Assembly (NCBI RefSeq): GCF_032062105.1
Contig: NW_026938905.1
Location: forward strand, 1 to 64,000
DNA from: Saccostrea cucullata
Taxonomy: Eukaryota
Length of the DNA stretch: 64,000 nt
Direction: 5' to 3'
Below the pieces are notes generated by a model that did not search any database, had not been told where the DNA came from, and saw only the letters and a list, made by a program, of their open reading frames with translations. Every line of letters starts with the position of its first letter. Positions within the stretch are counted from its first letter, which is position 1. Shown in pieces: positions 33,181-45,594 of the stretch. The position numbers and the translations under genes are program-made.

Positions 33181-34256
33181 CTGTTTACAAACTTACTTGA
33201 GCCTATAGCATATATAGTGACTGGGATATGATATATTAAGACATTAAACTGGACAAAGGGGATACTCCAATACTTGATATCGCGATTACATGACTTAGTG
33301 GAACTCTTTCGCGATGGAGGTAGGGAACGTCTGTTGGCTTGGGACAAATGTGCTATTGAATACAATGCAAGATCGATCATTGTAGAATTTTTGAGGACAG
33401 ATAAGTAAAAAAATCCTGGTGGAATACCGTCCTTAACAATCGCTGAACCAGCCTAATTAATTTTTGAGAGGAGCTAATCCTTCAATGTTACATTTTTTAC
33501 GATATTTTTAACTAAGCGGGCTCTTCTCATTAAATTTTCATTGAAAATCATGGCATTTTAAAGCTGATAAAATAATCTAAACTTTCCTTATTTGACAATC
33601 TACTATTTGGAATTCAATTCTTGGCAATACATTGTACTTTCGGCATAAAATTGTTCAAATCATTCGATTGTCACTACTGTAAACAATGCCATTGTGCCCC
33701 TGTAATCTCGTGAGATTCGAGCTTTCTCGACTCCCCCCCAAAAGAGTGGTAGTAAGTTAGATAACTGCGAGGTAATCGCGATATTACATATTTAGTCTCA
33801 CATTTTCAGAATTATCGTATTCGGAAATTGTGCCCAACCTGATCAAGGGCTTAGGAGGAATAGCACCCCACCCACTCCTTACTTATTTGGGAAGTCAAAA
33901 TTTCCTGTAGTTAAAATTTATAAATCCTGGTTTCCCTCCCCTCGACTTTAAGGGTCAGGAGCAAATTTTGAAACCAGAGTTTAGTCTGTTATCCTAGTTT
34001 CCCTTCCCCTTTTCAAATCAATATTAGCAACCTCAAGTTTTATCATCTTGTTTTAGTGTAGCTGCAGAACTGTAGCTCTCCGAAAAATATATATTGATAG
34101 ACCTGAGATAATGAGGTATAGCGGGTATGGCTATGAATTTTAAGAAATATTGTTTGAAATATTACTTATCAAAAGAACACTAATACGCAGACATACATGA
34201 GTGGAAATCTACCAATTTGACCTTATCAGTGATTGATGAATATGCTCTAAATAATA

Positions 34257-34803
34257 AAGTCTGAAATATCTGGCATTTTCCAGTTTTTTTTTTAATATTT
34301 TCTGTGCCAGGAAAACGTCAGAACCAGCGCCATTACGAAAACTGGAAATTTCGCCATTTCCAGTCAGAGTTGATTCCCCATACTTGGGAACCGCATTAAA
34401 TGCCGTTGTCACAATTTATCAATGGCACAATGCTTTTAGTACTTGACAATATTAATGAAAAGAAAATAATCACTCATCATTTGATTTCGATACAGGACTT
34501 GTATATTTTTTTTTAATTTGTAAACGCACGAAATGAAAACAAATCTCGACAGTCAGAAAAAATGTTTCCATCGGATCATATATTTACAAACAAACCATAA
34601 AAGCTATATTGGTAAGTACTAGAGGCATTGTACTGTTGATAAATTGTGAGTTTGACAAGTAATTGCAAGTATCGAAAATACACCCGAGAATGCCGCTGCT
34701 TGGAATTCCCACTTTTCGTAAAGGCGCCGGTTCTGGCGTTTTCCTCGCACGTAAAATATAGAAATAGTTAAAAAGCCAGGAAAACGTCAGATATTTCGGA
34801 CTA
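34257..34803. mobile_element. TAG-terminal non-autonomous element with 9-bp TSD (AcademH-like), copy 1
   Basis: Long imperfect TIRs (AGTCTGAAATATCTG...GCCAGGAAAACGTCAGAACCAGCGCCATTACGAAAA and its inverse, ending TTCGGACTA). Flanks TAAATAATA and TAAATAGTA match at 8 of 9 positions. Confidence 0.7.
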
Positions 34804-37399
34804 TAAATAGTACTTTTCAGTCACCTACAAACTCTTGATGCTGTCATGTCCTCTGTAACCGCACAAGACCTGCTTTATTAGTCAGCCCGCGGGCTGACTA
34901 ATTATGGTACGAAGAACTTCCAATGCGCTTGCGTGACCTGGAATTCTGGGAGGTGGTTCTGCAGTAAATCACTCCTGCTAATTTTATTTCAGTAAAATCA
35001 ATATAGATTATAAACCATCAAATCCCTATTAAACACCAAAGTAATCTGTAAATTCAACTCAAAAAGGAATTTCCCGATGCTTATTTTTGTATCTAGAGGG
35101 TTTCAAACAGTTTACTGGTTCGCAGTAATTTGACTGGTTCGCGCCTGATCATGTGTTCTACGCAGCGAAGCATACAGTTGCTACTGTTGGATGAATCTAG
35201 TGTTTGACGCGTCAATTGACGCTCTTTTATAAAATATCTTGAAGGTATTTTACTTATGTATTTAAATCTACAGCACAAACATTGGTTTATTACATATTTT
35301 TAACTTTTCGGTTTTTACTGCTTTTACTTTCGTTTTCGCTACAAATCATTTCGATCCCGATGCTTATTAGCGGACTGACTTGTTAAGTCATACAACAGAT
35401 ACTTCGGAAAGAAAACACAACTGGCTAAGCTTGCTCGTTTGTTGCTCCCCGTTGAAAATAGAGGATACCAATTTCAGTCTGTCTGTCCGTCTATCTGTAG
35501 TTCTGTCTGTCTGTAACACTTTCACTTCCTCGCAATATCCCGTGAAGTCTTTGAGCTTTTGCAGAGAAATTTTACACAATTGTTTACACCTTATACGGCC
35601 TTTGGAAGACCCTCTTGATTTTTAGGTCAAAGGGCAAGGTATTAAATTCAGAAACTCTGTCTCTTTTAAACACTTTTGTTTTCGCGCGATATCTCTATAA
35701 GCCATTGAGCTTTTGCAATGAAATTTTATACCGCAACTCCCTATGACCAAATATATGGCGTAAGGAATTTACCCCTATGTATTATATACTCAAAAACGTC
35801 AATGTCATAAATTCATACTTCTGTGTGACTGTGTGTAAAACTTTCATTCTAAGAAGGTTTTTAGTTTTTGCAATTAAATGTCATAAACCATAACTCCCTC
35901 TGGCCCCGCCCTGGCCCCCCCCCCCCTCCCCCCGAATCTGCGCATGCGATTATCCGTAAATAAGCTTGTTTTTCATAAACTACGACCTGATGATCTAGGT
36001 TGTGGCAATCATATTTATGAATTAATAGGTTTATTATATTATAAGAAGTCTGATAAATGAATTTGTAGGTCTTAGTAATGTTTGTTTTATTTCAATTCTA
36101 CTTTTTATGAAAAAAAGTTAAGCCAAAATTCAGCTAGTTAAGTCAAATGACGATAGTTAATAAACTAAAAAAGCTTAGGCTACACAGTCAAAGCTTACAT
36201 GTTGCCTAATTTAATGAACAATAAATGTTTATTTTTTTAAATTCTTAAATGTACTAGGTATTTCAATAATCCTATATTGGTATTCTCAAAAAAACGAGGG
36301 TTCAGTATGGGTGTTTAAGTTTGGCAAGGACAAGGGTGTTTCCCTTTTCTGAACACATAGCCAAGAGTGATTCAACCGGCGGCATGATAAACTCTAACAA
36401 GGATGATAGTGAAGCTTATTGGGCTCCGTTTTGCTTAAAATGGCATAATTGCCATATATCCCCCTCCCCTTAAAATCTTACAGATCTGATCAGTAATGAG
36501 ATTGTAGGTTTATAACTTCTTCGAATTATGTTACGTGAATTGGAACTTAAATGTTTATACATACTTTCCCTTCTTTTGATTTTGAGACAAAAAATACAAG
36601 AATATGCATGTACCAACGCTTCTATTCCTATGCAAAAAAAAATATTAAGACGAGGTTTTGATTTTAGTGGCCAACTCTGCTACTGATTAAAATTTGTTGA
36701 AGGCATTTATTTCAGTTCTCTATGATTCTTTAAAACATTATCACAGAGAAGAAAAATCCACTGGCTGACTCTCTAAGCTTTTTTTAAAAGCTAAACTTGT
36801 ACATCTTTACATGGTGTTTTCCTTCTCCGACTTCTACTGCAACAGCAACTTTCTGTTCTTTATCAGCAGGAGAGTTCCACAAAAGGGAGGTAATCGTTCA
36901 CGCGTTTTCATATTTGTAGTACATTCTAAATCAAATTATTTGCTATAGAGTACCCAACTACCATTTTTTAATATTGGATTTATAACTTCAAAGCTCGTAG
37001 TTTCTATTGCATGTATGGTTATGATAGAGTTTGGTTGCGTTTTCGTGTAAAATATTTATAAAAATCATGTTGATTTTACAGCATTTGGTAGAAACAAAGC
37101 AAAGTAGGCCCCAAATGCTTTAAAATAAACATGGGAAAAATTAAATCTCCCATGTATATTGAAATTAAGAAAAACATAGTTTGATTCTGTAATTAATTTT
37201 GACAGGGTTATCAATAATCAAATTTCACACTTTTCAAGCATTAAAATCACCGTTGCTATGGTAACAAGGGAGATGTGACCCAAATAACTCATGTTTGAAA
37301 GGACATTCATCTATACTTCCACGCACCCAAATATTAAAGCAAAATATTTTTTTTCACATTCCACTCACTTTATATACAATACTCAATGGTTACTGACAC

Positions 37400-38831
37400 G
37401 GCCTCTTAATATTTTATATGATTTTTTGTATTTTTTCAAAGAAAATCAAAAAAGTTATTTACATCCAAATAAGATGCTTTCTGTAAAAATTTTGCCGTAA
37501 ATGAATGTATCACATAAATAACTAATGAAATATGTAAAGAAAAGCCGTATAGATTTTTTAAATTAAAAAAATATATTTATATGAAAAACACATAATCTGT
37601 GTATATTTTTTTTAACTTGTGGTTAAAATCTTTCTAAAACCAGTCACAACTGGGAAGAATATGTTTGTTAATCAAATTTATTGAAGAAATTGAAACGAAA
37701 TGGCCAAATTTTAGAGAAATTAATTTTTTTTAAATTTTGGCCAAACCCGATCAAACTTAAACTGATCCCAAACATATATAATTGTACAATTATTGGAATT
37801 AAATAACATTTCCCCTAGAACACTAATCTGATTAGGTGTATTAAGGGTTAAAACATAACTGAACTTGACAATCATATAGATTTCTTCATTGTAAATACTA
37901 ATCCGAAAATCTGACGTTTTCCAGACTTTTTTAAGATTTTGATATTTTACTTGCCAGGAAAACGTCAGAACCAGCGCCATTATGTAAAAAGGAAATTTCG
38001 CCTTCTCCAACCGGAGTTCATTTTTGGAACTTGCAAACCAAACTAAATGCCGAAATCAGCATTTATCAAATGCACAATGCCTCTAGTACTCACTAAGGAA
38101 ATATCACTCCACATTTCGCTACAGAACTTGCACGATTTTAAAATGCACGGTATGAATACAAATCTCGACAATGTGATAAAATCTTTTCAACAAATTGTAT
38201 AATTTAAAAACGAACCATAAAAACTATATTGGTAAGTATTTTAAGCATTGTACTATTGATAGCTTGTAAATTTGAATTTTAATTTAGTTCGCAAATATCT
38301 TATATCAACTCGAGAATGCCGCCTCCAGTTGGAGGCGGAGATTTTCCAGTTTTCGTAATGGCGCCGGTTCTGACGTTTTCCTGGCATTTTAAATATCAAA
38401 ATCGTAAAAAGGCCAGGAAAACGTACGATTTTTCGGACTATGTAAATACTTGAAGGAGGCTATAAATTAGTACATGTATTTTATTCATTTCGTGTTAATT
38501 TTGATAGGGATCAGTCTTTGTTTGATCGGGTTAGGTCCAAATATTAAAACAAAATTTCTAAAATTTCTCAATTTCATTTAAATTTCTTTTTAAAATATGG
38601 TAAATTGCAAATATTTTTTTATCCATAGGTTTAAAAAATATTCACAAATAATGTGTTTTATTTTCATTAATAAAAAAAAAGAATTAAAAAGTCTAACCAG
38701 CCTTTCTTTACATATTTTATTAGATATAAATATGATGCAAATCATTTACAGCATCTTATTTGGATATAAATAATATTTTTCATTTTCTTTGAAAAAATAC
38801 AAAAAAATTAATATAAAATATTTTAGAGCTA
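37400..38831. repeat. Long imperfect inverted repeat (foldback remnant), arms about 37400-37830 and 38490-38831
   Basis: TTTTTTGTATTTTTTCAAAGAAAAT.AAAA...ATCCAAATAAGATGCT and AACCCGATCAAAC..A.ACTGATCCC occur in opposite orientation on the two sides. Confidence 0.65.
37899..38440. mobile_element. TAG-terminal non-autonomous element with 9-bp TSD (AcademH-like), copy 2
   Basis: TAATCCGAAAATCTGACGTTTTCC...TTTTCGGACTA. Perfect TSD TGTAAATAC at 37890-37898 and 38441-38449. Collinear with copy 1; a deleted third copy lies at about 40001-40090. Confidence 0.8.
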
Positions 38832-40810
38832 ATATCAACCTTTCAATGCTGAAACCATTGTTTGACTGACTCAAAGAACTTGGTGTGGCATTCCACCTTA
38901 ATATCTCAAGCGCGGTAATCTGTCCTGACAAACTGATCTTTTATACATGAGCGAGTTATTGCCCTTACAATATTACATTTTTTTCTTTCGAAATTGAAAG
39001 AAAATATTTATTTGTTTAAATTGTAGAGAATTAACAGAACTGCAAGTTAGTGTTAACTGTTCATGTCTTAAAATAAAATGGTTTGTGAAAGACAAAGAAA
39101 TAAACGAAAAGAAAGGCGACTTTATATACACATGTAAAGACATGATGGCATTATTTCCCCCTGGACGCAATCAATATTTTTTTTTTTTTTGTTATAAAGT
39201 GCGATTTATGCTAGCAGGAACTGAGAACTATGCTGCCAGAGAAAATGCCTGGCTTGTCCACGAATCAAACCGGAACCCCTGTATGACAACTTAAATTAGA
39301 TACAAAAGAAAAACAAATAAGGCGAAGCATCCCCTCACAATCGATTCCAATGGAAATTACTTTATTTCCGTTTCGTACAGATCCATATTAACTCACTCAC
39401 CTAAAACGAACAAACAAGACTGCGTTACACAGCCAATTGTCATATATTATACTTTTCCAACTCTATTGCGAGGGGATATAAGCAAAAGGATATAATTTTC
39501 GCGATCAAGCCTTTTTCGATCTGTTTTAAATAGACAGAAAGACTTTAAGTTCTGGTTCGCGGCGAGAAATATTCGCGATGACGAGACTGTCGCGATCTTC
39601 GCGAAATTTTCCCGCACGCGAATAAAAGTTGGTTTACAGTATAAGAATTGTTTCTATACATACAAGGAGATACATATGTGTATATGTGTTGTGCATTGAC
39701 TGAGATGATTATCTTAATTTTTGTATTTTAAAGTAATTATTCTGAATTAAATGTAATTTTTTGTACGTGGAAGGGGGGATTAATATGCTAACGAACAGTC
39801 ATTTCGCCTATATAAATACGAATTGGGGAAAAAATTATTCGAATAAAATTTAAACAATAGAAGTAAGACGGCAGCGCTGTTTTCGTAGTTATAAAAAAAA
39901 TGAGGCATCCTAATCACTCCCAAAACGATTCCTGAATTGAGGCGGGTTATAAACCTTGAAAGTGAAGAAGTTATGTATTTAGAGATAAAATATCACCAGC
40001 TAGGCTAAAAAATCTGACGTTTTCCTCACTTTTTTAGCGATTTGATATTTTACGTGAGCTTCCCTGACATTTAAAATATCCAAATTGTAAACAAAAAAAA
40101 AAAAAAATAATAATAATAAATAGATAAATTTAAAAAATGGATATTTCGGATTAATCTCCGGCCAGAAATTACATGTTAATAGCCACCTTTTCTTTTTTCC
40201 AACTCTCAGTCGGATCAATAAAATATATAAGGGTTTTACCAACCGTTCACTAGGAACACACAAAGGTTTTAAAGGCTCAGAGACCAATGTTTAGAGATAG
40301 ATATTCCATATTGATCGTGCCGATTGTCTTTTTACAAAGATTTTGTTTAAAGCCGTAAACAATTAATTAAGACGGGGGCCAAAGACAGGGTTTTTGTCAT
40401 AAAAATTAAATTAATTATCGCTAAGTAAACAGAAATACATATATACCTTAGAAAAAAATCAATAAAACGTTTACTTTGGGTATTAGGATGCATGAATTAT
40501 TTATTTTAAGTATAAAATGTAAGACAAATTACATGTGTTATAACTGCTAAATGAAATGAAATACATGTCGAATTTCATGGTTAGTCCGAGTGTCCTTTTT
40601 TGACAAAGAACCCCATGTTCGTTTGTTTATAGTAGTGATAAGTTATGCTTTGAGAAAGAAGGTTCGAGCTTGCAGTTTTCACTGAACAAATGGATCTTAA
40701 CAATATATACTTTGATGGCTTTATCAAGTAGACGAAAGATATTGTCTGGATCGTAATAGTATTAGTCAAAGAAAGAAGTCAGATTTAAGACAAGAACTTA
40801 CTTCCTAAGC

Positions 40811-43158
40811 ATGAATAAGGGATCAGTGACTTCACTGAACGGAGAAAAGGAGCCGGAGATTGACGTCATCACGTGCCCGCTTTGCTTACGTCACTTTACT
40901 AATCCGAAGCAGCTGGACTGTCTCCATAACTTCTGCGAGGGGTGTTTAACAGCTTATATCACGTCGAGCTCGGAAGACTGCGTACAAGAGGGAAAGTTCA
41001 CCTGCCCAGTTTGTCATATCCCAACCATTGTACCGGCTCCAGATTCCAATCATGACTCTTGGGCCGGGCAACTTCCCAATAATAACCTGATTACGTCACT
41101 AGCGGAAGGGATTCCTCTGAACAGTGATACACAGATCTGCACACCCTGTAAACGAGAGGGAAAGTCAACTGTGGCAAGACACTGGTGCAGGGACTGTTTT
41201 GAGCCTTTATGCGAGTTCTGTAAGGGCATTCATCGAAAAATCAAACAAATTAATGGTCATCGAATCATCCCCCTTGAAGAAGTTCGAAACAAGCCCGACA
41301 ACCAGAGATTTGTATCGAACACAGACCAAACGTGCACCGTGCATAAGGGTAAGAATGTCGAGTTGTTCTGTCCAGTGCATCGAAAGCTCTGCTGTGTGGT
41401 GTGCTTTGCAGCGAACCATCGAGAATGTCTAGGAATCAAAACGATTGACGAATTATCGGGCGACATCAAGAGCACGGGAGAACTGACGGAAGTTGTGGAC
41501 GCCATGATGGAAGTCATCCATAAAGCAGACGAACAGATCGCCGACAAAACACAGACAGCGACAATACTGAACCTGAAATACACAGAACTGACAGAGAAGA
41601 TCGAGCTATTGACCAAAAAAGCAATCGAGAGACTCGAGGTTCTTCGAGACGAGTCTTTGAAGAGGTTCGAAAAGTTTCATACGAAAGAGTCGAAAAAGAT
41701 CGAGAATCAAAAGGTTGTTCTTCAGAGTACAAAACTTGCTATGGATCTTGATATGAAATATCTCGAGGCAGTTGCTAAACACGGAAACTCGTCGCTACTA
41801 TTTATAACGTCCGAACGTTTACGTCATCAAATAGGATTCCATCGAGAAATTATAGAGGTGGATAGGGAGAAAGCTGAAGATTTAGATTACAAATTTGAAT
41901 TCAATGAACAGTTTTTAATAACAGCGGAAAAAATGACATCTCTGGGTAAACTAAAGCTCCTGCGCGCGCAGGTGAAATTTGACAACCATGACAACATAGA
42001 GACTTCACCGGAGCAGCCTTCTCATATAGGGATTATTACGTCACGAGGTGCCGGAACTTACACAGGCATGTCTGGAAAGGTTTCCCAAATAGTCAACAAT
42101 TTTCCGGATCCGGTCAGCCTGAAAATGATCAAGGAGAAGGATTATGACGGCTCTATGCCTAATGAAAGGCGGATCGTTTGGTTTACAGGAGGAATGTTTA
42201 TGTCAGATGGTCATTATTTCCTCATGGCGGATTACAATAATCACAAGCTGAAAAAGTTTAAGAAAGATGTCTATCATCCAGTCATGGAATTCCCACTGGA
42301 GTCCGCTCCTTGTGACGTCACACCAGCAGGTGATGATGAGGTCATAGTAACCCTCCCACATGTTTGCAAGATTGCGCGTTATCGTATTCGAAACGATTCC
42401 CTGAAATTCCTGAGTGCTGTCACAACATTCTCTGCACCAGAGGGCGTGGCCTGTATGGCGGATAAGACAGTGGTGTCATTTGGGGATTGTGTCAAAGTTT
42501 TTGACGAGGACGGCGGTGAAGTTTTTTCGATTCCAACTGAAGAAAGTTTTACTTATACCGCTCCTGTAATAGTGTCACGTGACAACAAAAGATTTTACCA
42601 CCGTGATGGTGACGCAATTGTCTGTAGGTCGACCGAGGGAGAAGAATTATTCAGGTAAGATTTTTGCAGCACTAGACCTCCCTTAAAAAGTTTCCTTTCT
42701 AACATAGAAAAATGTTTCTAGTGACGTTTCTTTTTTCTTTCGAAATTAACTTAAAGTAAGAAACATATTTTCCCAGGTAAAACACTAGAATGATAGGACT
42801 CAAGTTTAATCCACATTTGCAGTTACAGTAAGAATTTGAGAATATTTTTGGTTTATGTTGATATTAATAATTTGAAATTTGGATCGATGTTTTTTACAGA
42901 TACCAGGATCGAGCGCTCCGAGAACCGGCAGGCATTGCTTTAGATTTTGAGGAGAACATTTACATCTGTGACTGCAAATCGAACACGATCTTCCAGGTGA
43001 CGTCAGACGGTACTCGAGGGCGGATCATTCGGTCTTCCCGGGTGTGTGTTGGCAGTCCTATTGGAATAGGGTTCGATAAAACCGGAAGTAGATTGTGGTT
43101 AACATCGAATATACGAAGATCCGGACAACTCCTTACAATGTTTTATTTAGTTAATTGA
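40811..43158 (+). CDS. TRIM E3 ubiquitin ligase: RING, B-box1, B-box2, coiled coil, NHL-like beta-propeller (700 aa, 2 exons)
   Basis: Exons 40811-42654 and 42900-43158 (phase 2). C3HC4 RING CPLC..LDCLHNFCEGC..CPVC. B-boxes CTPC..WCRDC..LCEFC..H..H and CTVH..LFCPVH..CCVVC..H. NHL-like ADYNNHKLK, PEGVAC, EPAGIALDFEENIYICD and PIGIGFD. Confidence 0.93.
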
Positions 43159-43400
43159 CCACTTTAGGTGGATCTAGTGCTGTTCATTCGGTTTAGTGAA
43201 TTGATCACTGTGGTGGATCGAGGAATTATTCTATTTAATGAATTTATCACTGTTGGTGGATCTAGTATTTATTCTGTAATGTTTATTTGATCACAGTGGC
43301 AAATCTTGTTTTTATTCTATACAGTAGTAATATTTATCATCAAAGTGATGGATCTATAAGTTATTCCCTTTATTGGATTAATAACAGTGGACTCCAGTGG
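43155..43400. repeat. Degenerate ~43-46-bp minisatellite (~5 units) at the TRIM stop/3'UTR
   Basis: Recurring TT(G/T)ATCAC..TGGTGGATCTAG...TTATTC. The first unit overlaps the TGA. Confidence 0.6.
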
Positions 43401-43446
43401 AAACTGATTGTTTAAGTAGAAGATTTCTATACACAGAAATTGATTT

Positions 43447-43975
43447 TTAGCCGGGCTTATTGCTCAAAGAGCAATTGCCGGCTTATGTGATCCTGTTCAA
43501 GGCAGGATGTTGACCCCATAGTCGCCATTTTAAAGTTACCTGCAAAAATATAGTTCTTACTCTCAACCGCTTTTGAGATAATACAAACGCTAAATAAAGC
43601 AACAAAAATAAAACGAAGTTTTTTTCTATATAAAATAAACATTAGTAATAATGACTTTGAAAACTTCATAAGTCAAAGAACATTCATTAGCGTAAGGATT
43701 TTTGATAATCAGTGTTACCGTAGTTCTCTACACATACGAGATAAAGCAGGAGAGGGAACCAGACTGACCTGTTTGTTTACATTCAGCTGCGGTACCAGAT
43801 TAATTCTGATTCTGACAAAATCGGACCGTGGTATTAGGATTGAAAAACTCACTGTCAGTGTCTTATCTTGATAGTTTTAATATAATTTTTTCATCAGAAT
43901 GTAAACGTGATTCATGTAAGAAATCCATTATACTCTGTAAATGAGCCCGGCTCTCTGTACTTCTGAGTACTTTGA
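43447..43975 (-). mobile_element. HINE-like element (reverse orientation)
   Basis: TTTTAGCCGGGCTTATTGCTCAAAGAGCAATTGCCGGCT hairpin at one end and the inverted subterminal AATGAGCCCGGCT at about 43941. Confidence 0.5.
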
Positions 43976-45594
43976 TTATTTTATTTTTGCACAATTCAAT
44001 AATTTTCAATGGTTTTACTGAAACCCTTTTTTATACTCACTTTAGTGGTTTACAATGCAACACTGAGATTTTGTAGATTAACTTTCTAAATTTTTTTAAA
44101 TGGCGATGGAAGGTTTTTGCAATTATAGATTTGCACGCAAAAGAATCGATATCATTTGATTTAACCATGTGTAACTTTTAAGGCAATAAATATTTCGAAA
44201 TACATGACTAATTGACTATGATATATATTTTTCTCCTTTATCCGAAAATCACAGAATCTTTAGAAATTATAGCTTAATTCAGGCTCGCGGTTTCCACAAG
44301 TTGTCAAATGCTGATTAGACTGAAAAGGTACAAGTACATGTATATATATAAGATAGGACAGTATTAATAATATTTATCTAGTACTTCGATTTTCCTGCCC
44401 AGCTAACACTTTATTTACGGTTTCTACGAACCCTCCAACCCAGCAAATGTCACTGCTATAATAACATTCAAGGCCATTAAACTTGAAAACGAACTGACGA
44501 TATTTAAAACCATTTTTAATTTTTTTTATGGAATACCAGTATATTCCATGTCATGTTTGGTTGTCAATTGTGTAACAAAAGTAAAAAAAAAAACTCTTCA
44601 ATGGCTCAATGCAAAACATTTAAGTATATTTAAAACAGTATAATGTTATCATTAGCAGAATACAGACCAGCAGATAATTAGAGACGACAGGGCAGATTTG
44701 TAATGCATGTCCTAGATTTTATTTTTTATGCTTCGGTGAACACAAATAAATGAGCAATCTACTGATTCAGAAACTATTTTTAAAAATGTGAGATTTCCGT
44801 CACGATAAATCCAGGCAGTGCGTGTTTACAAATGTAAACATTTTGAGAAATACATGTACTAAGTAAAGAAAAATGTCTGGTACTCGAAAATCTTGAGAGT
44901 TTTGACTTTGCTAAGATTTAAAGAACTTAAAAAACACCATCCTACCAAATATCGTGATTGCTAACCCTCTCCTATTGGATTAGGATGAGCAAGTGTTGAA
45001 ACAGGAAGTAAAGAAAGGGGAAGAAAACGGTAAGTACGTCTAATATATATATATTACTGGAATATGGTATATTACATTGCATATGGTATTTTTTATGCAG
45101 CCAAGAATATATTTCGTATATGTATGCAATGTATTTTGTTCCTCACACAAGAGTGTATTTCGTACATGGATTCGATGTATACAATTAGATGGAGGATTCT
45201 GAATCTCTGAACGTGTATGCCTGTGTAATACATGACTGTATTAAGTTCAGTATCAATTGCAGTTTTGAAAAAAAAAAAATATCTTTCATCAGACACTTAT
45301 AAACTCTGTCTGTAATAAATATAGGAATGCTTTTCGAATAGCCTCCTCAAATATTCGGAAGGTTATTCGAGCGATAGTTATACATTAAATTTTTTTTACA
45401 AAAATCATTTTTCTGTCATGACATTTCTAATGTCAGTTTCGGTTCTTCTTTACATTGCACACAAACGAGATCTTTTTCCGTAGTACATGTACATAAATTT
45501 GCACACTGTTTGAATTATCGATCTCAGGAATTGATATCGAACACGACATTCTTTTACATTACAGACCATATGAACAGATACGTCAGTAGGCGGT

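Noticed and set aside
33235-33408. Open + strand frame TLNWTKGILQYLISRLHDLVELFRDGGRERLLAWDKCAIEYNARSIIVEFLRTDK
   Set aside because: Protein-like, but it has no start, no clear acceptor and no recognisable family.
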